A stretch of DNA of 58,222 nt, filler included, from Sphacelaria rigidula (taxonomy: Eukaryota), in NCBI GenBank assembly GCA_964200075.2. It is 8 parts of 8 records of this genome, joined end to end, with 100 filler letters (N's around TTAATTAATTAA, not from the genome) between each part and the next. Parts side by side here need not be neighbours in the genome. Positions count along the whole stretch, not along the records: positions 21,873 to 29,062 come from CAXNAA020016042.1; positions 29,163 to 36,352 come from CAXNAA020016043.1; positions 36,453 to 43,642 come from CAXNAA020016044.1; 5 more parts are not named here. The stretch is one strand, 5' to 3'. Below are positions 25,732 through 38,656 of the stretch, one piece after another (positions within the stretch are counted from its first letter, which is position 1; every line of letters begins with the position of its first letter). The translations under genes were made by a program, and so were the position numbers. The notes below the pieces were generated by a model, which was not told the origin of the DNA, ran no database searches, and saw nothing but the letters and a program-made list of their open reading frames with translations.

Positions 25732-28654
25732 CTATCTGTGTATGATACCCGGCACCAGGTACTTCAACTGAAGCTGCAGCTCCCCCTTCCGTGCTCTGCT
25801 CTGTCCCTTGAGACAGATGTGGCCCCTCAGCTGCGCCACCGTGAGCTGGGCGAACGACACCTTCGTCAACCCTAATGCAACGAGATCTGCCTTCGCCCGC
25901 CCGATCAGCTCCGTATTCCTACGTGCGCCGCCGCCGGCGCTGTCATTGGTTTCTTCCTGGAGAGATTTGGCGACAGCACAGGCGGCCTTCAGCGTAGCCC
26001 GCAGGGCCTGCTGTGTGGCCTTCTCCCTCTTGAACAGATCGGAAACCATGCGCACGCGTCTACAGTACTCCGCTACTCTGACGTTGTGGTACTTTCAAAA
26101 TATAAAGTCATACAGAGCCCTCTCAGCATCGGGGTCACTTTTCCACGCCGGTGCTGCGTTTACACACCGCTTCCATTGAAGCTGAACGGCCTCCTCCCGT
26201 CCTACCACTGTCTTGACCTCGTTGGGGAGATCTCCCATGTAGGTACACAGGAGGTGAGGGTTCGAAAACACGTTGTGATATCCGGCCTCCCAGCGCCGCA
26301 CCAGCTCGTAAAATTCCGACGTGGACAACAACAAACTCTTCCCGCCGAACACTTCATTCCGGCGGACTACTTCCGTCTCTAACCCACGAATGGACGCCGG
26401 TGCGCGCCGATTGAAATCGCGGATGTCGGCATACTTCTGCGCATTCAAAAACGGAAGGAAGATGTAACGATCATGAACACTCCGGCGAACGTGAGTCAAT
26501 CCCGCGCTGAGTAGCCACCCCGACACTAGATACAACACGGCGGCGCGATCGCGATGCAGTCCGAACGCCCCCTTTGGGTACCTGAAGACAACGACGTTCG
26601 CGCGATCAACCGCCGTTGTTAGGGTCTCGCACGTGACCTGTGTGATGGCATGCAGGGGTCACAGAGGAAGACCGGAAAGAAATAGGCGCAGTTGCGCGAT
26701 TAGCGTTTCGACGCAGCTCCTGTTCTCGTGACTACGGCGAGGCGACACGTTACAGCGGCGCAAGTACAAAAACCGAAGACAGTTCAAGCCGAACTAGGGG
26801 TATATGCCGTACCGGCCGGCGAAGATGTGCATGCCTGTCCGCACCATGAAGAACACGGTACTCTACCTCACCTCCAACCGAACGGCGTCCACGCCGACAG
26901 GGTTAGCGTCATTATCATGACGAATATTCATATAATCCGATGTAGCTCCCGCCGGCGCCGCTGGTCCCTGCGTGAAGCGTCCGAAATATGGACACGGGCG
27001 GCGCGAGGGTCGGGATCCAGGACCAACAGCATGGTGTCTCGTGCTCTGTCGCGGCTACAGTGTCAAGAGGTGTGCTGGCGACAGTCCATGTAGATACTTG
27101 TTTCGCAACACTTTCTTGTTTCCACGAGCACAATAGAGCCTTCCTCCGACTAGCCAAACATATGAGCGGATGTATGTGGTGATCGTGCAACATATCTCCT
27201 CGCCGGTCGGGTGACGATGTTTGCCCCCGACTAGTTCGAGTACGGGGTGAAAAAAGTGTTGGATACCCTATATATGCGGGTATTCACTGTCCCTATCCAC
27301 CTTATTATTGGGTAGAATTGCTTCCCAGTACAGTACCCCATCCAGATCGTACCCCCAACCTAAGACCTCGATTACGGAAGGGTTGGTGTCCCGCTTAGAA
27401 AACAAATCGCGTGCACATTGAGGTGATCGCAACGGATAAACAGCACCCCTCAACACCGTCTTCGCATAGGACCCCCTACATTTCGATTTTCGGTTAAAGA
27501 GTTTGTACGGCGTGTAGTGGTCATCTTTATCCAGCGGGATGTCAGGAAATGCGATGATATATCCACCCAGTGGTATGAGCACGAAGATTCCCATTCGCCG
27601 GATTTCCATCCCCCTGAGACCACGCCCTCATTCAATTTCTCGGTTCTTACCATCCGATGTTGATGTACAGGAACACAACGGAGACGGGATTAAATGTGTT
27701 GCAATACCTTCGCCGTGCCCCCCCGGCTTATGTTTTTTAAATATAGCAGTCATACTTTAAGTAACAAGCGTCGTTGTGAGCCACAGAACATACGAGTTCC
27801 TGTCGCAGGAGGGCGGGGGATCACCTCCTCCTCCTTCCCTGCTTCCCCGTGCCCCCAACTTGGCCCTGTACATTCGGTACACGAGTCCAGTACAGTGCCA
27901 CTGTACTGCAGAGTCGGGCCGTTGCCCGAGGTATAGCGCAAACCGCACACCGTGTATATGTTATACACTTGTATACACTATCGAGAAGATGGCGCCGGGA
28001 AGATGAAGTGTGTAACAAACAGTACAAACAATATGGCGGCACACAGATGCAGTACAACGAGACAGCGCATCAGGTGTCGGGGCAACTCGTTTCACCGTTT
28101 TGCAGGGTCCTGTAGCGCGCAGCAAACTCCTGCAGGGTTCGGGGCAGAGAATACGCGCCGTTCTCGGTGCACCGCGGGTCGATCGTCTCCAAAATTTGCA
28201 CAACATCGGCCACGTATATAACAAAGCACGTGGGGCCGCCGTGTGTTCGGCCCACTGAAAGAAACTCGAATACATCGGCTGCCCGCGAGGGTATGCGGCT
28301 GCGGACTGCTGCGCGTAGAGCACACCCATGCCGCTGGAGGCAGCGCTCTTGTCACTCACCAGGTGTATTGAGAAGTTTCCACTTGCTCAGTTGCTTCCAC
28401 ACATTGTAGCGATAGTCTTGTGCACTCTTCGCGTTCTTCCGTCCGATGGTGCTGCGGCGTTAGCTGATGATATGATGTGCAACTACGCGCGAGGTCTGCG
28501 GTGCTTGCCGCATGCAATTGTCATGTTCTAACAGTCCCAACTGCACCGTCTCTCTATACAAAATGGTGACGAATATCCCAGCAAGTGCACTACTTATGTA
28601 TAATGTCATGGCCTTTGTTTCCCAAAGATTTTCCAAATTTGTTCCGCTTGCCAC
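25732..28654 (-). pseudogene. Spliced pseudogene ending in a P-element/THAP9-like C-terminal region plus a SAP-like motif
   Basis: Exon ends G|gtgag at 28360 and joins in phase to tttcag|28254. A long frame with stops runs through 27610-26760. The last exon 26637-25732 has a single internal stop and reads ...VLYLVSGWLL...EVFGGKSLLLSTSEFYELVRRWE...FIF*KYHNVRVAEYCRRV...QALRATLK...FAQLTVAQLRGHICLKGQSRARKGELQLQLK. The pseudogene call is solid; the family labels are by-eye inference. Confidence 0.6.
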
Positions 28655-29239
28655 CGCTCATCACAGTGACTGTTGGATGCCAGAAAAACGGTATCCGGAG
28701 ATACTGTGATCCTCTTGACAAGTGTGGTAAGAAAATATATCTACGATCAATATTCCGTGACTTACAGGCTTGACATATCTTCGGGGGTCCTGTGAAAGTA
28801 CACCCCAGCTTCTAGCTTTTCGGTATTTTCGGTGCACCGGCCCGATCTCGATCATATAAGTGGTGACTGAAAGAAACAAATGTTTTATCTTATTCCGCCT
28901 ATTCAATGTGTTAGAAAATGAGGCTATGAAGCCATGCTCTTCAACGCTTCGTATGGTATTAAGTTTATATATATATGTAGTGTTGGGATCGCAGGTACCG
29001 GTCACGAAGGTTTGGTCTGATGTGGGGGGCGTGTACTGTGGAATAGCAGTTGTTCTACATGANNNNNNNNNNNNNNNNNNNNNNNNNNNNNNNNNNNNNN
29101 NNNNNNTTAATTAATTAANNNNNNNNNNNNNNNNNNNNNNNNNNNNNNNNNNNNNNNNNNNNGTCTATGAGAAACAGGAGATATTCCGGGTAAGATCAGG
29201 AAGGGATCGTGGGGGGGGGGGGGTTGTCTTAGGACTGGC

Positions 29240-29327
29240 GTAATCATTTCTTGCTTGCCTTAGTCGTTTGACCATTGACCACGCATCCCTTCCGAGACGC
29301 AGCAGCTGGGGGGAGGGAGAGGGGGGA
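29240..29327 (-). repeat. Copy of the short ATGAGTAC-family repeat; an opposite-orientation copy lies at 30008-30078
   Basis: tcatttcttgcttgccttagtcgtttgaccattgaccacgcatcccttccgagacg between G-rich tracts. Confidence 0.85.
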
Positions 29328-30789
29328 ACCAAAACGAGTAAAACGCCGGTCTAAGATCTAGCACGGGTCTCGCCGAAAACCCTTGAATTACGATGCCGGA
29401 AACAAGTTATGAACAACAAGAAACAGGTTTATTTATGTTGCAAAAAAAAGTACGTTCGCTAACGCGCTGTGCCTCTTCCTTGTCTTCCATCTTTCAACGC
29501 CTGCCCCACTCCTTTCTCGGGACAAGTCCGTGCTCTACTAGTTTACTAGTCTCAAGTAATCAATCAACTCATCTCTTCCCCGATACACGCCTTACATTTT
29601 TCAATGGCGGATTGGATCATGATCATCAGAACTCCCGGACCGCGTCGACTGTCGTCTGGTGAACTCAGCCAAACATGCCACTTTTGGTACTCACGTACAT
29701 CCTGCCTTGTTTGTTACTAATCCAACACTAGAAATCAGGTACTTGTGAGGAAAAAGTCAAATCAAACGCATCTAGCGGATATCGAACTCAACGTTTCCCC
29801 CCCTCGAACGGTGTCAGTTGTACCATTACACTACTGAGCGCCGCACCTGGTGATAGTAAATTGTCAGGTAAGTGGTGGCCGTCGTCGGGACAGTGGATGA
29901 CTAGTTCGTTGTTTTTTCCCGACAATGAAAAGAACAAAATAAAACAATTTGCGTCCATCTGGTCGCTACGTACTTCTCGTACCAACCCGACAGCTGTATT
30001 TTTGCTCCGTCTCGCAAGGAATGCGTCGTCGATGGTCAAACGACCACGGCAAGCAACAAATGAGTACCCTCCCCCCCCGTGTTTGGTGAAGCACACACAC
30101 CTAAATATATGAACGTACGACTCGAATAAAAGATCGCATCCATCTCGGGCACGCCAGGCATGCGCGAAAGTGCAAGCACAATGGCATTCACGTCATATAA
30201 TAGGCATCCCACACAAATTGTGTCGGAGGGACCCAGAATAGTGTGGATGTGTCTTTGGGCAGTAAGTTCTTATTTTCGAGCGAAGATCAAACCGTGCTCA
30301 TAGGGTTTAAACGCACTAAAGTCAGTACAATGACAATACAGCATACGAATGATGGATGCAGGAACGAACCTCATTGTTGGTTTCACAAACGGCAAAACGC
30401 ATCCAACACACCATGATGGTGGCGCTCTCGACAGTGTCTAGACTTGTGTACCGACCGGGACACAACGACAGTACAATACAGCAGTTCAGGCAACCCTCAG
30501 CATAGATCAACCCGTCTCTGCAGGGCACAACACTACCGTGTCAGCTACAGGACAGGAATGCTGGGCCTGCGCACCACGAGCCTTGTTCATTGCGAAAGAC
30601 GCAGCATCCAACAAACGCATACTGTAGAGCATTTTCAACTTCGGCAAGACAACCCTGTCTGCAGACTGCACCTGTTCGGAACACAATGGCAGTACAGCAG
30701 CAAATGTGATTCCAGCAGAGACCAGACAGGTGTTCCAAGGCATAAATACACGATCGTGCAGTGAGGGTGCAGCACATGAAACGCTGACC

Positions 30790-31141
30790 GGTCACCCCGG
30801 TGGCTCAGTTGGTAACCTCGAAACCTTTTGACGGTTGGGTCATGGGTTCAAATCTCGGAGTGATCTGGCATCTTTTCTCATGCCCAACAATGGAGAGCGA
30901 CGATGTCGTGGGTACACAACATCCGACTCAACGGTCGACGAGGGAAAGGGACTGCTGAACCACTCTCGCGATGAAAAATAAAAGCCAAGCATCGCAGAAG
31001 GAAGGGGGGGGTACTAAAAACAAAAAGAAGATAAAAAAAAGTTCCTGTGTCGACCTTCCTCCTGTGTGACCCCGGCTGATGCGCCCACATATACCGAAAG
31101 GTGTAGACCGGCGTCCAGAATAGAAGGGACGACAACACACA
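30790..31141 (+). mobile_element. tRNA-derived SINE (~350 bp)
   Basis: Pol III A box (GGTGGCTCAGTTGG) and B box (GGTTCAAATC) at tRNA spacing, a non-tRNA body, a 3' hairpin TATACC-GAAA-GGTGTA and a CA-rich tail. Full-length homologue at 38657-39012. Confidence 0.85.
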
Positions 31142-31901
31142 TGAGAGCCATGTGTGTTTGCTGTAGTACAGTGAAACATGACATGTCCCATTTTTACTCT
31201 TTTTGCTACATTGTTCAACCAGGTGCTCAAGCGTTCAGAATCGTCCCCAGATTTTGAGTGCCTGGCCGAAATTTAGGGCCGGTTTAAAATTCGGGGGGTC
31301 AATTTTGTCCTATATCTTCAAGATTATGTTCGTAAAAAGTGGTGCTTGTTGCTGCACGTTAAATATTTGCGAAAATAAGAATTCGGTCTAATAACACACA
31401 GATCGCGTCATCTCGACTCTTCCCCGCCGCAAATATGACAAGGTTCTTGAACCTCGTACCACCCGGGGGGGGGGGGGCAGGCTACATATTGTCGTGTACG
31501 GTCAACTGACTGACTGGCTAATCGTCACATGTTAACTGATTCCCTGGGGATCCACCCGTGCTTCACTTTTTCACGTGCCCAACCGGGGGTGTGTTTAGGA
31601 CCTTGCATACCATAGTCATATGCCCAATCGGGGCAGAGACGGGTTGATCCCTTGACAGCACGGATTCGTCCTAAGGAAAGGGTGGTATTAGGAGTGAGGA
31701 CAGGGGGGGGGGCGGGAGTGGTTAACAACGCAGATACCCGCCGAAGCAAGGTTGAGAAGGTGGACGGGGGGGGAAGGATCGAGACAGAGAACGAGAACAA
31801 GATCGACCGGACAAAGGAGAAAGAAAACAAAAACAAAAACAAAAACAAACGATATGCTGCGTTGTTGCTGGTGCGCTACTGTACTGACAAGGCACACGCA
31901 C

Positions 31902-32818
31902 CTCCGCCAGCTTAATATTGGCCTCGCCGTTCACCAGTCCCATGTAGGCATCGGTCTTACCGAAGCCTCCCACGCAAGATACCACCGTATCTGACTTGCG
32001 TAACTCGGAGCGATACGCCTCTTGGTTCTGTGTCGTCGTCGTCGTCGTCGTCGCACCGATATTCGTCATCATCCACACATGAGCACATGGAACAGGTACG
32101 AACACAAGACGTTGACTGTGATGCAGTGGGACGGAATGTGAAACAAGGCTACAAGAGGGAAAGTTTCAAAGGTGCTTATTAATAGATTGAGGATGCGTAT
32201 ATCCTGGTACCCCAGCACTTCACGGTATTCGGAGTTATACCCAGTACTCGAGACGGGTACGTCGGGAATCGGCCGCCGAGAATACTCCATGTCCAAGGGT
32301 ATCCAGCGTTTTCACAGCCAAGACAGTCAGTTTTTGATTCGATGGATTAATTGTCGCGCTTCAACTGACCCCCGAAGGATCCAGCAGTCAGTACTCTAAC
32401 GAATCTGGGGTGCCAAAACCCGCCAAACCCTTACTTTCTACCCTACAGATACACTACCCTAGGCACTTTCGGAGAAATTTGGGAATATATTTGTCAGCAC
32501 ATTGAAGTAGTCCATAATGTCTCAAACGTGCTCAATGGGAGCGGCTAGGCCATTTCGCTCTCATCGAAATGTTACACAGACTCTGTTGGGGATCATCTAC
32601 GCGAGGAATGATGGCGTCGTATTGTAACGGACGATTAGCACAACCATGATGCAGCCAAACGGTAAAGTCCTGTCTGTCTGTCTGCCTGCCTGCCTCTGTC
32701 TGTGCTCCCTCACCAGCGCATTGGCCTCGATCCACTTGACAGATTTCACCCAAGATCCCCCGTCTACGGGAGGACCCTTGCGACTGAGGGCGATGACGTT
32801 GCAACCTGCTTCAACCAG
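31902..32818 (-). CDS. NAD(P)-binding Rossmann-fold protein (atypical SDR, Coq11/NDUFA9-like group), two internal exons 32714-32818 and 31902-32027
   Basis: Both exons are phase 0 with canonical splice sites. The joined peptide LVEAGCNVIALSRKGPPVDGGSWVKSVKWIEANAL|NQEAYRSELRKSDTVVSCVGGFGKTDAYMGLVNGEANIKLAE carries the V.SLSR.G, VVSCVGGFG and NG.AN motifs. The GxxGxxG exon and C-terminal exons were not found in this contig. Confidence 0.88.
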
Positions 32819-35289
32819 CTGCAAAGAAAAAAAGGCACATGAAAAAAAAAGCGGAGAGCGCCAATCCACGTGTGTACGTCAACGGCGCGTTGGCACACAA
32901 CACGACACAGCGGGGGAAGGAAGGGACACACAGCAAAATGTGATGATGTTTGCGTGTGTGTCGACATCAACATCAACGCACAGGAAGGCAAAAAACAGTC
33001 ATTCGTACACATGTGTCCAAACAAATAGCGTGGTAAAGGAATAACCTGTCGTACTGGAGGCAGTTACATATACAGGACTATTTACACAATACTGTTCATA
33101 ATATTTTTGAACAGCAGTAGTCGCTTGGATGCTAATGCAGCATGGAACTCTCCCATCGCAAAATCTGTTCGCATGTACGTACTGACGATATGTGTAACAG
33201 TCAAGACGGGGATACGCGGCCGGGAATATAATACATTGATCTTGACCCTTTTGGAACCCTCTCCTCCCGTCCCCGGGCCAGACGCCTCATTATGAGAAGC
33301 CCTGACAAAGAATAAAATATGGACAGCAACCACTTTTACTAATGAAGACTAAAGAAGACTCCGGACGCACACCTCATGGATGTACCGAACACGAAACCCC
33401 GGGGCGGTCGGGTTGGTTTTGTCCAATGATATTACGCGACGGGCGAAGCGTGTCCAATTGTGTGCATCGACAAACTCTCGCAAAACAGTACAAACTCCTA
33501 TATATGGGATTTTTGTCAGTAGAATCTATGAAATACCTCAATTCGAGTTCGGTGCACGAATACGTCACACTAGTATTCTTGAACTTAGAGTGGCGCACTT
33601 GTATACTTGAAATTAGAGTAGTGCACCGTTTCGGTGAATCATCAAGACTTGGCGACCGTAGGAAGCCACACTATACGGCCGGCGACAATGATATGGCGGA
33701 GCACGTGGAAATCGCGTCGCCACATGTGGAAGCTCTGAAGAGCGTCCCATATGCAATTTACGTTCAGCTGAAAGAGGTGGCTGAGAGGCACGGCCAGGAC
33801 GCTGCCAGGCGTTTCGCTGTAAAAGCTGCAAGAGCGGCTGGGGGAGCCCATTGCCCCCCGGCGCACACCGCCCCCCCCGCTCGCTGATCAAACGTCAACA
33901 CAGTAACCGCGGCAAGTGAAAACGCTGCGAGGCACGCAGGATTATGTAGGAGACGCCAGGCGGACCTGATTGCAAGCGTCCAGACAGGCGATATACTAGC
34001 AAACGGTCGACAACCGACCGGGGCAGCCTTTCGCAACCAGCCCAATCCAACTACAATCACAATCAGTAAATACACTTCACAACAGTCCAGTATAACTGAA
34101 TGACGATGTTACGGTCTTCCATGTCAGGAGACAGAAGGTATGCCACATCATTGCATGAAACCCCAACGCCGCCCACTAGGACAGCCGGTCCAAACGCGAT
34201 AGCGCCAGCCGGAGTATTACACCTCTCGCAGCACAAAGTACGGCTGTGCAACGTTCAGGCATGATCAACCCGCAGTATAGAGGTGGTGTCGTGGGAAACG
34301 TACAGCACAAAGCGCAGGATGAGATATGCCGTAAGATGAAAGCCTACAAAGTGACAGCCTGTATCGGATATGCCAAAGCAATGGCCCCCGCCTCGCTGCA
34401 CCAGGAGTATGTATAACGGCGGGGTACATGACATCCTCGTCGCCGTTATGGAATAATCAAACCGCAGTATGGTGCCGTGAAAACGCGTGCGATAGAGAAC
34501 AAAAGCGTGCATGACATGAGTTTAGCCTTGACATAAGCTGAAAATATGATGATCACACGCAGTACAAAGGAGTAGGTGAACACGTCCCCACAGGGCCTGA
34601 CGGTGACTGTCTGCAAATACAGACAGTAGACGGGGGCATAAGTAAGGTAAATGTGCCGCCGGTGTTGCCTTTGTTTTATCGCAACTTAGACGCAGACTTG
34701 GTATGATGCGGTGCAAAGCATCTACTTGAGGTGCAGCGTGAAGCTTGCTTCAAGAACAGTCAGCCGTGCACTCTGGCCGGGGTTACAAGACACCGACGGG
34801 TCGAACAATTCGTCATACCCGTAAAATAGAGAACCTTCGAACCTTCTTTTCTTCCACGTTCCATTCGCACGGGTCTGAGAAAGACGCTTTGAGCGAATCG
34901 TTTGCTCAAAGGCTGTAGAAAAACAACCATTTCTCGCCCGAAAAAACGTCAAATGTAAATCGTCAGTTTTCTATCAACGGTTCCAAAAGGGTTAGCTTAC
35001 AGCACCAATACTGCACGATTCAGGCGTGTACTGTATGCGCTATGTGTATACATATAAATACGTTTATTACACGTATGCATTGCATCTGTTTACCGGATTC
35101 ACAGCCCACAAAACACATGCCAAAGCGGTCGGTCCTACCGAAGCTTCTGAGGTGCCCGCGAATGGACTAACGTCCGCAGCCCCGGTATCTAGCCTGGAAA
35201 GAAGTCAAGGATCAGGTCGCCACCCTCGTGGCACCTGTTAGAGCAAATAACCATGTCTACAGGCTGGTTCCCGCTCATCACCCAAAAAA

Positions 35290-36352
35290 CACTCATCGGC
35301 AAAACCTCACGCCCTTTCAAGGAGTCAGACCCTGAAATTTTGCACGAATGTTCTTTGGGTAATTACGAAACTCTGGAGGAACGGTTTTTTTTTAATTTCT
35401 TCACTTTTTCCATCGTTTTTCGGGGGTCCCATTCTTGGGGAGGAAATAACCTCCACCCAATCAAGCCCCCGTGAAACGGTAACAACAAAAAAAAACGTTC
35501 CTCCATGGTTGCGTAATGTCCCAAAGCACAGTTGTGCAAAATTTCCGGGTCTTACTCCTTGAAACGGCGTGAAGTTTTTGGCCTTTGTGCGATGAAGTTT
35601 GCCGTAACGCGGTGAAACTGTTACTACTTGATTTAAGTACCAAACCGGCGTTTTTGGGCCTTCTTTGACGTGAGCATGGAAATTCAAGCATCAGTTGATC
35701 GAGTCTTGCGACGAAAAATTGTGGAGCCCGTCCTTGGGTTATGCGGAGGCAGATTGATCGCGAAAAGATGAAAAAAAATCATAGTGCCGTTTTGCTGCTG
35801 GGGTCCCAGAATGGAGACTACTTCGAAAAACGACTGTGATCCCGTCGGACCCCCGAAAAACGGTGAAAAACTCAAGAAGTACAGAAAACATCGTTCGTAG
35901 AAATTTGCGTAATGATACATGGCATATTGATGCGAAGTTTCAGGATCCAACTCCTAATGACAGCGTGGAAGTTTGCGCGTTTGTGGAAGACGTGGGCTTG
36001 AAACGTGCAACTCCTAACTACTTGGTTTTAGTATAGAAACGTCTTTTGGGGTGAATTCGACGTCAAGGCAAGAAAAACTGTATGAGGTTTTCGAGTTTCT
36101 CCACCAAACTTTCTACATGTGTTCCTTGGACTCTCCCGGGACGCATTATTTGATTATTTTTCTTCTAGGGCGGTCTGTACCGCCTTCCGGGGGTCTTCAT
36201 GCTGGGACCCCCGGAAGTCGGTAGAGAACGCAGATAACGTAATATATTGTCAAGAATACAATTTTTCCATCTTGGGCATCAATACCTACGGAACTGTCGA
36301 GTTTGAGGGTGATCTGAGCTTTTCTACAACAGATATAGGGGACACCATCACG
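35290..36352 (+). repeat. Non-coding transposon-like repeat region containing the conserved hairpin (36175-36226)
   Basis: 36120-36350 matches 20330-20540 and the reverse complement of 50630-50870. Confidence 0.6.
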
Positions 36353-37176
36353 NNNNNNNNNNNNNNNNNNNNNNNNNNNNNNNNNNNNNNNNNNNNTTAA
36401 TTAATTAANNNNNNNNNNNNNNNNNNNNNNNNNNNNNNNNNNNNNNNNNNNNTCGGCATGGTTTACACGGCAATCAATGGTAGGGTAGAGTCGCCGACAT
36501 CCCCAGTAAGTACGACCACTCGTTCGCCGGACCGTGTACACCTTCTGTATCCGATCACGAACTAGTTGTTGATCTGGCTGCACGCGAAGCACGCGATGGA
36601 TTCGGTTCGTGTGGACGAAGGCTGCACAGGCACGTGTTGGAAGAATATTGGTGGGTGGTGACCTCCCTGAAGGCCAGAAGTCGACTTGCGGTAGTGAGGC
36701 AATCGTAGCACACTTGACTTCAGGGGTCGAAGCAAAGTCATACTGTTTTGGGTATGTGTATCTAACGGATTCAATGTTTCTCGAACAATGAAGAATAGCC
36801 GACAACAACTGTCTCTTTCTTCTACGTGTATATTTTATGGACGGATGGCAGCACGAGGACGGTGACTGGAAAGTGACACATCGGCAAAGCGGAGCCCGAG
36901 CAACTACGCACGGGCACCCGCCACACACGTGTATCATCTGGTGCCAGCTTTTGTTCATGTACACACAGCGATCTCTATATTACACGGCAATCCATCGGTA
37001 ATGGCAGAGGGTCGGCCTTGTGCATGCTAGAGAAGTCTCGAAAACGTGAAGTCATTAACCTCAGCGAGCGCCAGCCTCCACCACGATGTACGTGAGACAA
37101 CACATCACAATTCCCACAACAAAAGCGGATTACAGTATTTCCTTCCGAATCGGTGAGATACTTGTGTTTTTTTTAC

Positions 37177-37375
37177 CTGGGAGGCACTCCCAGTAGCGGA
37201 CAGGCCTCTCCGGCAGAGGGGAAGGCTTTTGACCGATGGTCCAAACTTGGGGTGGTGATTTCGAGCCACTTCTGCTGGGATGAGACAGCCTTTTTTGGTG
37301 GGGTGATTTCCGGTTTCGTGCCGATGAAGAGTAAAGAGACTTGTTCTGGGCGAAGATTTGAGAATTCGGCGCTAG
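37177..37375 (-). other. Candidate exon of an unidentified transcript (other exon-like blocks near 36620, 39996-40053, 41260 and 42175)
   Basis: AG acceptors and a CAG|gtaaaa donor on the minus strand. All three frames are essentially open, so coding status cannot be assigned. Confidence 0.25.
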
Positions 37376-38099
37376 CTATTGCTTTGTAACTCGAAGTGGT
37401 GCAAGTAGCGAAATTGCATGTTCATGATGGACGACATTTTCCTGGGTCCCAAAAAACCGCTTCCGGACACTTTGCGACAATGCGGCGAAACCGGGGAAAA
37501 AACAGTTTGGAAAAAGAATCAGATGGCCCCGAGTTATACTGCAGTTTGTCCCAACCATACTTGTACTTTCGATCAGAGGAAGTACATGCAATTACACATG
37601 AAAGCATTTTTTTTTGTGAGGAGAGACACGGAATCTACTATTCACACGACGGTACGACAGTGGTGAATGTAAGCGATTCATCATGTTGTAGGCTTCCGCA
37701 TTGTACTAGAACGGCGCGTGATTTTACAAATCGAGGATTAATGTTTTATTGAGGATAAAGCTCGGGAACCTTGATGATGAGCATTGAGATATTCCCTGTC
37801 GAAAACAAGACGCGAATGCACTATCTGGCCGTGATACGCGACCTCGCTCATACTGACAAGCAAATCCATCATCCGCATTTTGTAAAATCCCGTGATGAAA
37901 GGGGATTCTGACAAGTGCATGAGATCAGTTTTTCGAACGGGAATGAAAAGAGATCGAAATTGCTCGACATACACACAGGCAGTTTTTACCAAGCACGGGT
38001 CGATTCTCCTGGCAATGAACGAGGTCACACATAGCGGTCGGAGAGTGCATTGGCATTTGGTATACTTGGTGGGGTCAGAGATTCTGTACAATTTGAAGA

Positions 38100-38475
38100 T
38101 AACTATCGGGTACCGGTATGGAAGTTTCACATAAATGCAGACCCTGACCGACGGCTGGGGTATGAGGAGTCGCAGAACTCACACATCTCACAGAGAATAT
38201 CGAGTAGGGTGCGAATCTCGTACAGGGAACCGAACCCGCAGTCTGCAGGTATTTCTACAAGGGTATGTCCGCGCCCCGGATAAGGGTAAACTTCATGTAC
38301 AGAACTTACGCAACTGTCGAGTAAGGATATGGGAGACGTACAAAACTCAGAAAACTGTCGGGTAGGAGTATGAAAGTGCTCCAGGAGTCACACAACTGTC
38401 GGGTACCAAAATGAAAGTCTTGCAGAAGTCACAGAACTGTCGGGTACGGGTACTACCCGACAAAGTACCCCAGGT
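38100..38475 (+). repeat. Dispersed repeat built of ~40-bp subunits (gtcgggtac...atgaaagtcttacagaagtcacagaact); second copy ~39520-39820
   Basis: The two blocks share subunits and the ending aactgtcgggtacgg. Confidence 0.75.
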
Positions 38476-38656
38476 GTGCAACAAATCTTATCCTATATAG
38501 AACACAACCTTGGACACGACCACCATTAACGTTGATTCCGTGCACCTTGCTACCTGGCCCCCCCGGTAACGCAGACGAACCGCCCCCACTCGAGTCTGGG
38601 GGTGATCCATCCTGACGGCCTGCATTGCTGCTCGTAGTTTGTGTTTGCACTCAGCC

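Noticed and set aside
30794..30870. tRNA gene (also 38661-38735)
   Set aside because: A/B boxes are present but there is no clean cloverleaf or T-run terminator, and both copies continue into ~280 bp of shared body. These are SINE heads.
31070..31120. Hammerhead ribozyme in the SINE 3' end (CTGATG...GAAA)
   Set aside because: The core CUGAUGA is not intact (CTGATGC here, CTGGTGC in the other copy) and the GAAA is a hairpin tetraloop, not the catalytic-core GAAA.
16904..32818. Functional clustering of the HECT ligase, SAP-like pseudogene and SDR as one system
   Set aside because: They are on different contigs joined only by artificial linkers.
33690..33887. Plus-strand ORF tail MAEHVEIASPHVEALK...AARRFAVKAARAAGG as a gene, or the missing GxxGxxG exon of the SDR
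   Set aside because: No Rossmann motif or compatible splice sites on the minus strand, and no supporting exons on the plus strand. Left unassigned.
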